DNA of 64,000 nucleotides from Haliotis rufescens (Eukaryota): NCBI RefSeq assembly GCF_023055435.1, contig NW_025964223.1, positions 55,614,001 to 55,678,000 of the forward strand, read 5' to 3'. Shown piece by piece: positions 39,431 to 51,642 of this stretch (position 1 is its first letter; each line of letters starts with the position of its first letter). The notes under the pieces were generated by a model. It saw only the letters and a program-made list of their open reading frames with translations, ran no database searches and was not told where the DNA came from. The position numbers and the translations under genes were made by a program.

Positions 39431-41070
39431 TACATCGTCTCACACACAAGTATGCATACTCTTTGTGATATGTACATATTTTTACACACATTCATGCACA
39501 ATTAGTGTGTCATGTACACCTCCTTACACACGCGCATGCACAATTATTGTGATATGTACACCTCCTCACACACGCGTATGCACAATTACCGTGACATGTA
39601 CGCCACCTTACACACGCGCATGCACAATTACTGTGACATGTACACCTCCTTACACACCCGCATGCACAATTACTGTGACATGTACACCTCCTTACACACG
39701 CGCATGCACAATTACTGTGACATGCACACCTCCTCACACACGCGCATGCACAATTACTGTGTCATGTACACCTCCTTACACACCCGCATGCACAATTACT
39801 GTGACACGTACACCTTCTTACACACCCGCATGCACAATTACTGTGACATGTACACCTCCTTACACACCCGCATGCACAATTACTGTGACATGTACACCTC
39901 CTCACACACCCGCATGCACAATTACTGTGACATGTACACCTCCTCACACACGCGCATGCACAATTACTGTGTCATGTACACCTCCTTACACACCCGCATG
40001 CACAATTACTGTGTCATGTACACCTCCTTACACACCCGCATGCACAATTACTGTGACACGTGCACCTTCTTACACACCCGCATGCACAATTACTGTGACA
40101 CGTGCACCTTCTTACACACCCGCATGCACAATTACTGTGACATGTACACCTCCTTACACACGCGCATGCACAATTACTGTGACATGTACACCTCCTTACA
40201 AACGCGCATGCACAATTACTGTGACATGTACACCTCCTTACACACCCGCATGCACAATTACTGTGACACGTGCACCTTCTTACACACCCGCATGCACAAT
40301 TACTGTGACACGTGCACCTTCTTACACACCCGCATGCACAATTACTGTGACATGTACACCTTCTTACACACGCGCATGCACAATTACTGTGACATGTACA
40401 CCTCCTTACAAACGCGCATGCACAATTACTGTGACATGTACACCTCCTTACACACCCGCATGCACAATTACTGTGACACGTGCACCTTCTTACACACCCG
40501 CATGCACAATTACTGTGACACGTGCACCTTCTTACACACCCGCATGCACAATTACTGTGACATGTACACCTCCTTACACACCCGCATGCACAATTACTGT
40601 GACATGTACACCTCCTCACACACGCGCATGCACAATTACTGTGACATGTACACCTCCTTACACGCGCGCATGCACAATTACTGTGTCATGTACACCTCCT
40701 TACACACCCGCATGCACAATTACTGTGTCATGTACACCTCCTTACACACGCGCATGCACAATTATTGTGACATGTACACCTCCTCACACACCCGCATGCA
40801 CAATTACTGTGTCATGCACACCTTCCTACATACACGCATGCACAATTAGTGTGACATGTACACCTCCTTACACACGCGCATGCACAATTACTGTGACATG
40901 TACACCTCCTTACACACGCGCATGCACAATTACTGTGACATGTACACCTTCTTACACACCCGCATGCATAATTACTATGACATGTACACCTCCTTACACA
41001 CCCGCATGCACAATTACTGTGACATGTACACCTTCCTACATACACGCATGCACACTTGCTGTGACATGTA
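39430..41070. repeat. Minisatellite, 42-bp unit x~39
   Basis: Unit catgtacacctccttacacacccgcatgcacaattactgtga. Confidence 0.97.
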
Positions 41071-41511
41071 CTATCATCACTATCTGTTGGTGATGACACC
41101 TGGTTTCCACGATAAGATGAGCTTATTTTATTAACTGGTGGCACCCGTCACAGCACATGGCATCCGTCAAAGGCAACGCGCACAACGCGTCACTCGTGTT
41201 GCCAAGTCCACCCCAATCGTTGTAGCCTTCGGTAAGATGTTAGGGACACATCCTTCACATGACGCCTTGCTTTCAGGCGGGCTGCATGGAACCTTCCTGT
41301 TTTTCAGGGGAATTCTCTATTGAAAACAGGTTTTGAATCTACGATTTCCGCAATTAATGTAATGAGACGATCTGGTCTAGGTGTCCTATTTTGGGGCCTG
41401 CCACGCCAAGGTCTCTTGGCAACCACGCCCATTTAACGGTACTTGTTCCACAGCCGAGAAATTACAATTTTTGATTTGCCAAACATTCGGAAAACACTTA
41501 AGATACTGACG

Positions 41512-41576
41512 CCCCCCAACCCCTAACCCCAACCCTAACCCCTAACCCCAACCCCTAACCCCAACCCCTAACCCCA
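41512..41576. repeat. Telomere-like (CCCTAA/CCCCAA)n tract
   Basis: ccctaaccccaaccctaacccctaacccca... Confidence 0.8.
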
Positions 41577-42652
41577 CATTCGACCCCTCTGTGGTACACA
41601 TGTTTTCTCTCCATAACACATTGTCTCGGAGCCATTTAAGCGTGTGCTGAACTCATTTGCATTAGTGATTGTGAGTTCCCCTATTGTTTCAACTTTGGTT
41701 TCTTTGTGCACGTGCATCACGTGCTGTTAATGCATGATGTGAAATTTCATTGTGATTAAATGTTGCGTAAAATGCAACACCACAGTATTGTAAATATACA
41801 CCTCAACGACAGTTACATCCAAACCATTAGTTGCCTTGTGAAGTATATATTCAAGAAATAAATGACGAGTGGTTTATTCTCCCTGCAGTGTTTTGTTGAA
41901 CGATAAACAACAGTCGTTTATTTTATATCAGAAATAATGAGGGGGCGAAGCCTGTATCGTGATCCAATGTACAAACTTTACAATTATTTACCCAAATTTC
42001 AATAATGATGTCTCCCTGAATAGAATCCGACCTCTTAAATTCGGACAAGTTTATTTTACGAACAGGTGGGTTAAATTTGGTATTTCCTGCACATTCTCAC
42101 AATCCTCAAGTCGACTATCTGAATCTTTTCTTAAAAAAACGATTGTCGGCCACTGCGTTTATTCGAATCTCCAGAGATGACGTCATGAAAGAACAATGTT
42201 TTATCTTGAAATAAACCACTTATATATGAACATAGCTATTAGTAAGCAATCACACTGTGTATCAGGTCCAGCTGATATTGGCCGATTGCGGTCATTACCC
42301 TTGAACCATCTCATGACATCCTGTCCCCATTCTGGTTCTCCCACAATAGCCAATTCACAAGTAGAATACAACCAGCCTCTTAGTGTTACAGATACTGAAG
42401 ATATATTAAGGCAGTCCAGCATTCTATATGTAGTTACATTAAAATACATAATTAATAGTTACAATATGCAGTCATCGATAACAGTAGAGTTACTCGTTTC
42501 TGGATGTTAAGTTGGGGTAAAAGTGCTGCTAACAGTTTCATTAGCAGAACCATTAGTGATGTCATGTGATTCTGACGTCATGGTAACCAATGACCTCTGC
42601 AAAGCATTGTGATGCAATTTCATTGCAGCGATATCTACAATGTAGATATCGC

Positions 42653-42834
42653 TAAGCTGGTTCCCGGCTCCCTATGCGCGTCGTCAACTTGTGATATTAG
42701 AGACAGGGCCCAGCTTAAGATATCGCTTGCTCTCACACAAGTGATATTTCCCGTGGGACCCAGTTTTGGTAAGCTGGGCCCCGTCTCTAATATCACAAGT
42801 TGACGTCGCGCATAGGGAGCCGGGAACCAGCTTA
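42653..42834. mobile_element. Palindromic MITE (~65-bp TIRs) upstream of gene E
   Basis: taagctggttcccggctccctatgcgcg..tcaacttgtgatattagagac.gggcccagctta and its reverse complement. Confidence 0.85.
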
Positions 42835-43172
42835 CCACTTTTGGATGATAAGTCCAGGTTCTTGACGTCATGGCGCTATGAGAGATATGATTTCATGCTT
42901 GTTGTGAGTAGTTCGTCAATGTAAGTCACAGTCATCACTGTTCCAGCCAGATCACGGTGAAAGAGTGGATGGTCATAGTCAACTCAGAGGAAGGAAGGCT
43001 CTCATCTCAGAAGCATATAGGAAATATCCAATTGTGGCTCATAACCACACCGCCCTCCTCCGTTGAGAAAAGGGGCTGAGTAATCACTACTTGGCACCCT
43101 CCCCGACACAGCTGAGGAAGCAAGGGTGTCGCATCATCTCCCGACGGCAGGAAGAAAGGTCACAGCTGACCA

Positions 43173-43265
43173 TATATAACGGATGTGGCGCCAGCGTCCC
43201 ACAGCAGAAGCTCTACAGAAGCTGCACCGATCTCATCCATCCACAGCCATACAACACAGGGAAAG
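43173..43265 (+). promoter_or_regulatory. Gene E TATA box and non-coding exon 1
   Basis: TATATAA 43173-43179; exon contains agaagctgcaccga (compare C/D agaagctgaaccga); donor GAAAG|GTAAGT at 43265/43266. Confidence 0.7.
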
Positions 43266-44065
43266 GTAAGTAACTTATATATAATAACTGTGAAGCATCG
43301 AATAATTTTATAAATACAAAATATAGGTGTCCGAAAATTGTACTAATCCAAGATGGCGACGGGCGCATGTAAGACCGTGTTACACTATTCTCCTGTTTGA
43401 CACTTTAAACAAGATGTTAAGAAAAAAATTTTGTAATGTTTCATTTAAAAAAAAAAAAAATATTGATATACAATATTTACGCGCCACCCTCAGTCTAGCC
43501 AGCTAGGTTCACACAGTATGTTCACGCTTGCCAAACTAATTAACTTTAAATATTTATTATGAAATAATAATAAACTGACGGAATGTAACATTTATATTTT
43601 TTATGTAAAAGGTTTAACGTCAGAGAACAGTGAGGCTCGATTTATCTTCCGAAACGGACGCCATTGGCCGTAAAAGGCAAATAGTTATGAAAATTTTATG
43701 AACTGATCACTGAAAATTAGTGATGTCACGAGATATTCGCGAAAGGAAGCATGACAGAAAGTACAGCTACTCAAACAATTCACATAAGAATAAGAGACGT
43801 ACTAATGAAAAAAATCACATGCAGTTTCTCTTTGAAATACTTAAAACACATAAATGTATATTCATGACACCCGTGATGAGGAAAGATTGCCTCAAAGTTA
43901 TCTACAGTTAGGGTAAGTCTCTGAAACATCACTGAGGTTATATGTTTGTTACGAATAAGAGAATATATTCTAATTAATTTCAATTTCACTATATTATTAA
44001 TTGGGTTTTTTTTTAGATTAGGTTATCAAGACATATGTAGTCTGTGTCTTGCAACTACTGTTTAT

Positions 44066-44530
44066 TGGGGGCACGGGTGGCCCAGTCGTCAAAGGCCCCG
44101 TTGTATCCTTTAGTCTTTCCATGAATCTATTTTCGTGGGGTCGAATCCCAGATTTGCTATGAGTATGGTCATTGGTTTGTCGGCACCATACTCGTACTCA
44201 TCGGTTTCTCCAAAGTGTTAGATGTCTGAGACCTGCATCACTCAGGGTTTCCTTTCACCCTAAAATGCACCCATGAAGATCCATGCTTGCCGTAAAAGGC
44301 GCCTATGCTTGTAGTAAGAGGCGACTAACGGGATCGGGGGGTCAGGCTCGCTGACTTTGGTGATACATGTCATCGTATCCGAATTGCGTAGATCGATGCT
44401 CATGATGTCAATCACTGGATTGTCTGGCCCAGGCTCGATTATTTACAGACCGCCGTCATATAGCTGGAATATTGCTGAGTGCGATGTTAAACATACAAAC
44501 ACTTTAAGATGACACACCTAGATATAACTG
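44066..44530 (+). mobile_element. Degenerate SINE family 1 with a family 3 copy inserted (~44270-44500)
   Basis: Family-1 head at 44066, then the family-3 body, then the family-1 tail gacac..gatataactg. Confidence 0.75.
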
Positions 44531-44829
44531 AAGTCTGGTTAATTTTCGTGTCATCGTACCCCGGCGGCATCTAACATTGCTCATAGTATCAGCCACTGGT
44601 TTGTGCGGTCCAAACTTGCAAATCTACAGACCTAATGATGCAGTTTGCATATTAATGATTGCGGGGTTAAACAACATTCACTCACTCGCTCAGAGTACGT
44701 ATTCCGAATGTGTACAGAAGCTCCCAGCACTAATAGTCTGGATGACAGATTTTTTTCGGAGTAACGGGGTCCAGATTACCGAGGTTACATGGGACAGATA
44801 AAAAATTCGAATCCTTCTTCTTCAGAAAC

Positions 44830-45623
44830 ATGCGGTCTTCCATTATCCTTCTGTGGCTCGTTGTACTGGTCTGTGTGAACACCCAGGACATCCAAGACAG
44901 CCAGGACACCCAAAACACCAAACTGTCACGTTCTAGGCGGTCTGTGAAGGAGATCGTGGAGGGTTTGAAGACTGGATTTAGCAGACATCTGTCTTCCGTT
45001 TTCACTCTGGCAAAGGATAAGTTTAAGGAAGTCCTCTCCGCTCTTGGAAAACTTAAGCTAGCTGTAGCCAAAGGGATCCTGAAAAAGTTCATTGGCTTGA
45101 AAGACAAGCAGCATGATTTCGGCGATGCAGAAAGTGCCCAGAGAGTGGCCAAAATGATGGAGGTTCTGGAGGAAGATATCGAACGGCAGGAGAATGGTAA
45201 GAGTACTTCAGAAATAAACAAATTAATTTTCGTTCGTGCGTCCGTTTGTTCGTTCGCTCTTTATTCATTCATTCATTCATTCATTCATTCATTCATATAT
45301 TGATTTATCAACTTACTGATTGATAAACCAGTTATTCGAAAGCCATTAACCATCAAACTTTCGGCTCAAGATCACTTGACATTAATCAGTAGTAATGACA
45401 TTATCAATGGCATGGATTAATTACACTAAGCAAGGCAAAATATACTGATTACATCGTATAAACATGTGGTATCCCTGAAATTGGACTTTGAAAAGACCCG
45501 CTACCATACATTGTGAAGTTATAATTGATGAATACATGTTCTGTTTCAGGAGCGTCAGCTTCATACGTCACCGTGACGTCCTTGACGATTCCTCTTCTAG
45601 CAATTGTGACGCTGAGGTTCTAA
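44830..45623 (+). CDS. Gene E, join(44830..45196,45550..45623), 146-aa precursor: signal peptide, RSRR site, one cationic helical domain, GPI-signal-like tail
   Basis: ttcag|aaacATG; MRSSIILLWLVVLVCVNT..LSRSRR|SVKEIVEGLKTG; donor 45197; last exon GASASYVTVTSLTIPLLAIVTLRF*; 441 nt in frame. Confidence 0.9.
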
Positions 45624-46995
45624 GATAATCTAGATTACGTTGAAGAACCCCGACCGGAAATAACTTAATAGTGATGCTGATGAACGTTTGGTGCATCGTG
45701 ATACTCCGTGCCGCGATATATCCATCGGCAGGTCACGTATCGATAGTAACATAACAACTTGAATTTAAAATACTGTTTTCTAGAAGACGCCTGGAGCTAC
45801 CGGATTGTCAAGAGATTGAAATGTACTCACAGTGTCAAGTTTCCAGTCATCACTGCCGCAAAGAAATGTTGGTTACATTAATAGTGATGTTCCTGGAATA
45901 AACGATGTGGTGCTAGTCACTGTTCTTTTTGTTATTTTGTATGTATTATTAAAAACAAGAGTCTCCCCAAAAGGCACTACCTGTACAATGAAAACTTTAA
46001 CTCGCACTCTATTAATTCGATATATGGTTTAAGCTGTACAAGATCAATACCATGACCATATACCATTCAGCGACACGATTAATCATATAAAGGCTTGTGT
46101 TATCGATGACATAAAACATTCCGATAAACTCGGTTTCATGATATGATAAATATGCAAATAAGGCCACCCATTCGGGACCAACTCGTGTTATTCCGGGACA
46201 AGCCGAATAGCGACTCGTGTCCCTCTCATGGCCATTTTTGCGACCGGGTTCCGTCTTAGCGCAAACGGAAATACTTAAAACAATTGTCAACTCTTTGCGT
46301 AATGGTTCACACATATTTACCCATATATTATATATATTTCAGATGCAATTTAAAGCACATCTGGAAGTGCGTAATTATACAGTATGATTGGACACATGTA
46401 ACTGTGTCTTTGGTATATTTGTAGAAGCAAGACATATGCAAAATCAAAAATTATTTTTGAGGGATTCTTTGACGAAGAACTTGAAATCATACGCGCATTC
46501 TGATTGGTTTGTCGTATTTTCGCACATAACATTCATCGATAGGGGGACGAGTCTTCTTGCAGGTTACGGAAAGGGTTGACGAATGTAAGGCCACCTAGCC
46601 GGAACTACTTTCAAGCTCCAAACATCAAATAAATAAAGCGACAAAATCCTTTCGATATCCAATATATAACTATGTATTAAGCCGAGTCTAATGCACGATT
46701 CCGACTATATCATGAGTACGTGTTTATTAGTCACTATAAAATAGTAATGATACCAGGTGCTCGCTAAAAGGTGAGCGTATCCTGCCCCACCGGTAGCTCC
46801 CATCACAAACACATGCAAAGACAAGTCAAAATATGGAATTACATCGGACAACATTTTTGTCACTGATGCGTCACATTTGGAAATGTCCTCCACCTGTCTA
46901 CAATAAAACATTTTGAAAGCTCTACTGAGGTCTTGAGCGTTGTAACCTTGAGACCGATGCCTTCTTTATATTGACAAACGTTCCTAATATGATTA

Positions 46996-47312
46996 CTCCG
47001 TGGTCAAGTGGTAGAGCGTCCGCCCGGAGAGCGGAAGGTCCGGAGTTCGATCCCCGACCGCGTCATACCAAAAGACGTTAAAAGATGGTACTTGTTCTAT
47101 CCCTGTCTGGCGCTCGACATTAAGGGGCTAAAACAAGGACTGGNNNNNNNNNNNNNNNNNNNNNNNNNNNNNNNNNNNNNNNNNNNNNNNNNNNNNNNNN
47201 NNNNNNNNNNNNNNNNNNNNNNNNNNNNNNNNNNNNNNNNNNNNNNNNNNNNNNNNNNNNNNNNNNNNNNNNCAATAATCTTGGACGCGACGTTAAACCC
47301 CATTTCACCTCA
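46996..47312 (+). mobile_element. SINE family 4 (contains an assembly gap)
   Basis: TSD CCTAATATGATTA (46983-46995/47313-47325). Confidence 0.88.
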
Positions 47313-48463
47313 CCTAATATGATTAAATGTCACATATAAGGAATGACAAATGTGCCTGCACAATACATTTTGTATTTCTAATATATGATATTAACCATAC
47401 GGAAACACACTCAGCAAACAATCTGTATTTACCTTTCAATTTATCCGCAATCCAACAAGAAAAACACGTTTTGTCAAGCAATATTTATTTTTTACAACAA
47501 AAAAACAACATGTACAGATGGTCAACTTGCTGCTAACTGTAGCCAAGTATGGTTTGTATAAAGATACAGACGACATCATAAATATGTATCAGATCCTTGT
47601 CCCACAATTAGCAGTCTCAGCGATCTTCCTCCTAGCGAGCAGATTCACTGACGATATCATTGCGGTTGGATGTCACAAGAGTGAGTAGGAAAATATTATT
47701 TTACGCCGCAGTCAGATATACCGATATATTCCAGCTATATCACATCCAGATATCTGTGAATGAATATTAGCGGGTCAAACAGAACGATTTCCCTTACAAG
47801 AAGGTTCTTTGTTCTATACTGATGGAATACCGCTAAAGCCCACTCTATACTCTCACACATCACGAACGGAAAGGAACAGTCATATGATTATTTTTTTCAG
47901 TTATTTTTTAGATACACACACGGACAAATAATTGGAAGAATGTGTTTCAATGTGTATTTCTGGCATGCGTCTCTAATGACGCAAGGATTTGTAAATAGAT
48001 CTGATCAGATTCGCTCTTCCTGGAAGATTTGATCTGCCAACACCATTACCACGCTACAGCCTTTTCCCCCGGATGTAGTGGGCAGGATGTATATAACTGA
48101 TATCCAGTTGAAGTAATAACCACACACTCACTGTTTCCGATTCCGAAAGTAAGGAAATCTTTCAATGTTTAACAAGATACAATTGGCAATTCGCATGAAC
48201 TAAAAAGTTCCGTGTTCCGTTGTGCATCGTTTATAGTAACTGTTTACAGTAACTTGAGCGTGAAAACTATATACCTCCCTCCATATAATTTAAATAAATA
48301 AATTACATTAAATAACGTGTAAATCACCTCAAAACTTTTAAATCACTACAAATAATTTATATTTACAGATGACATTAATATGTTGCTGCTATGTACAAAG
48401 GTGTGCCTTGTAAGTATATACGACTGAAGTGTTGTGTCGGTCATTGTTCCTCCACATAGACTC

Positions 48464-49815
48464 TTAGAATCCCATCTGGAGCGCCAGCACCACGTGCAGG
48501 GCACTGGTGCCAATAAACAGGACAACTGCAGACACGCCTGTGATTTCCTTGGCTCCTGCGAACCATACAAAAATGAAAATATTTTATATCATAAATATAT
48601 TAATACTGTGTAACAAGAATAACCAATAATCTGAAGAAATTAGGGAACGAGGTGCAGTGTTGTGTCACTTAGCATGATCTCATGTTCCGGGTTCGAATCC
48701 CAGACACGACACTACCATGCAACTCCTAAAAAAACCAGTTCACAAGTAGAATACTAAAAGCATCTTCGTCTTACAGATAATGAAACTATATTCAAGGCAG
48801 TTCATCATTATATATGTACTACTTAATGATTCGTGTAAGAAACCGTTCGCACAACAATGCATTTCTTCCCTCCTATTTTGGTTAATACAATTCTATTGAT
48901 TCCTCGGTGTAGCATCTGTTTTGGTCCCTTGCTATCAGATTCGACTTTTTTCACGTTTAACATCTTTTCAGGGAGACATCGATACTTAAAATTGCCCCTA
49001 CTCCCTTGACCTTAAAGACGAAAGATTACAAAGGCATCAATTACTGAGACCAAAGACCCGTGAAGATCCGGGGTAGAATAGGTCTTCAGCAACCCATACT
49101 TGCCGTAAAAGGCGACTATGCTTGTCGTAAAAGGCGACTAACGGGATCGGATGGTCAGGCTCGCTGACTTGGTTGATGCATGTCATAGATCCCAATTGCG
49201 TGGATAGATGCTCATGATATTAATCACTGGATTGTCTGGTCCAGACTCGATTATTTACAGACCGCCGTCATATAGCTGGAATATTGCTGAGTGCGGCGTA
49301 AAACAACAAACCAACCAACCAACTGAGACCAAACATCAATGGTCCTTACTAAGTTGAATTGAATACACACCTGATGCCAGCATCAACAGCTGGTATTCTT
49401 GAAACTTTCTTTCCAACTGGGCCTCAGTCATACAATCCGGAGTATTTGATGAACCCTGAAAGATACTGCGGAAGAATTCCCCTATGACGGGTATTGCTGC
49501 AGCAAATATAGCTGCTCTCTTTTGCCTCCCGCCATCACGTACTTGCGTCTCCTCCATCATCAAGTTGGAATCTTGTCTACCCCCCTCTGTGTTCTCTGGC
49601 CATCTTGTAGACTTCATCGCGGACTGGATGTCAGAGCTGTGGTGCTCATACACATGCGCAGCATCAGCATCCGGAAAAGAGGCTGCTGAGTGGCTAAATG
49701 AGATTTCGGTCTTCACTTGATCTTGTGTCTCATTTCGTTGACTGACTGCTCTCATTGCCCGCACCGATTGTGTCGACAGGACAGTAAGGGCGAGAACTAT
49801 TGCCACCATTGCCAT
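48464..49815 (-). CDS. Gene F, complement(join(48464..48555,49371..49815)), 178-aa precursor: signal peptide, long acidic pro-region, RQKR site, short amphipathic peptide, GPI-signal-like tail
   Basis: ttacag|acaATG; MAMVAIVLALTVLSTQSVRA...GGRQKR|AAIFAAAIPVIGEFFRSIFQG; phase-1 donor G|GTGTGT; last exon GAKEITGVSAVVLFIGTSALHVVLALQMGF*; 537 nt in frame. Confidence 0.82.
49055..49321 (+). mobile_element. SINE-like family 3, full length, in gene F intron
   Basis: 12-bp TSD ACTGAGACCAAA (49043-49054/49322-49333). Confidence 0.92.
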
Positions 49816-50966
49816 TGTCTGTAACATTAAAACATGGAACATAAGCATATTTTATTTTAATTTTTAACGCCACAGTCAGCTAGATTCCAGCTACATCACA
49901 CAGACCTATAAATAGTCTAGTTTTCAGCAGACAAAGATTGATATTGTGTGCCGTCAGGGTACAATGTCATACGATCAACCAGGGTTAGAAACTAACAGTT
50001 TTTGTCCACTAGTCCTTATAATGATAACATTTAGCAAAACATTTAAAATGGGCCAATTTCTACCAGTCCTTATGATACCTTTACTATTGGGCAGTTTCGT
50101 TAAGAGTACAGAACCATTTAATCGCATCTAACGTCAAGCATGCGTTACTAGGGTCCTATTCCAACTCGGGGCGGTGGACTAGTGGTTAAAGCGTTCGCTC
50201 GTCACGCCGAAGACCCGGGTTCGATTATGATATACTCAAAGAAAACGTTAAGTGATGATATATATTTATTGATAACTAAAGGTAATTATTATAATGATGA
50301 TATAGATTATATATCTTTACAGACTGACGTATGACCTAAATGTGTTCATGATAAACCACTTCTTAAGCGTGTTTTGATCCGTATTAATGTGAAAAACATA
50401 GTCACACCTCCATTTTGTATTTCCTTTCAAATTACTGTACATTTAAACGAAAACCAGGAATTTAACCGAAACGAAGAACAAAAGATAATCTTTAGCAAGC
50501 GTATTGTATCCACCTTTGTGCCAGTTAAACACAGGAACATGTTATTCACACAATACGAAAAGTAGGATGTTTGTGATGAAGATTTGAATAAGAGCATTAC
50601 CATAATTATACGTATTTCTCCAGTGCATTTGTTTGTTGTATTCTGAATATTACATCTTCGTGCCTGTGTATCATTAAGGTAGCTGCGTTTCTTTTTAGAA
50701 TATTTATGGAGCCATAACGTAACTAGCTGGTTAAAGAGCTTTCTTGCTGGTCACGTCGATTCCCGGAAATATCCAATCCACGTAATCAGTGATTTACACT
50801 GTTTGTCACAGAAACAAGTTATGTCCTAGATGTATCAGTTACTCAATGGCAGACAGGAAAGGTGTGTCTTCGTGTACGGGTAGTCGTGGTGGCGGTAGTA
50901 TCTGTTTCCTTGTTAACACAATCAACTTGCTCTCAGTGAGTAGTCGGGTCTTTTAGTCGTATGATG

Positions 50967-51233
50967 TTGTTGTTGGTTTGTTGTTTAACGACGCACTCAG
51001 CAATATTCCAGCTATTTGACGGCGGTCTGTAAATAATCGAGTCTGGCCAGACAAACCAAGTGATTAATATCATGAGTATCGATCCACGCAATTGGGATCG
51101 ATGACCTGCATCAACCAAGTCAGTGAGCCTGACCACCCGATCCCGTTAGTCGCCTCTTACGACAAGCATAGTCACCTTTTACGGCAAGCATGGGTTGCTG
51201 AAGACCTATTCTACCCCGGAATCTTCACGGGTC
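50967..51233 (-). mobile_element. SINE-like family 3, full length
   Basis: Family match; near-duplicated flank tttagtc(g/a)tatga. Confidence 0.88.
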
Positions 51234-51642
51234 TTTAGTCATATGAAGGCCACTGGGACATACACGGAGAAAGTACATATATACGTCAACAATGGTACAT
51301 GAATTAATACGTAACCTACATCATAGTATTCCAATGTTTGCAAAACTTTGTCTCATTTTATAACTATGACATAGATATTTACATAAATTTCTTAACATTT
51401 CATTGTTTGAAGACAGACGCCTTTACACTTAGGTTTATACATTTTCGGATTATGACAATACAGTTTAGGCAGATAGAGGTGATTTATGTTCTTTATAGGA
51501 ATTACATATTAAAGTAAAATTATATCTTCTATCCCTAGATTAAAAAGAGCACATAAACGTAAACTTAAATCAGTCCCCAACTATCTCCCTTCGTTAACTT
51601 TCAACCCGTTCTGTCGTATCACCATATTTCGTCGCTTTCTAT

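Noticed and set aside
39396-41093. 565-aa and 445-aa Cys/Thr/His-rich ORFs
   Set aside because: They are translations of a stop-free 42-bp minisatellite that is open in several frames on both strands. The longer ORF begins inside a SINE and has no gene context.
41512-41576. Chromosome end or fusion site
   Set aside because: Only ~65 bp of degenerate mixed CCCTAA/CCCCAA, which is common as an interstitial simple repeat.
49460-49535. Endogenous viral fusion gene (GGRQKR resembles the paramyxovirus F cleavage site)
   Set aside because: The gene is short and intron-containing, has no other viral ectodomain features or neighbouring viral genes, and shares its architecture with host paralogs. RQKR is a generic furin site.
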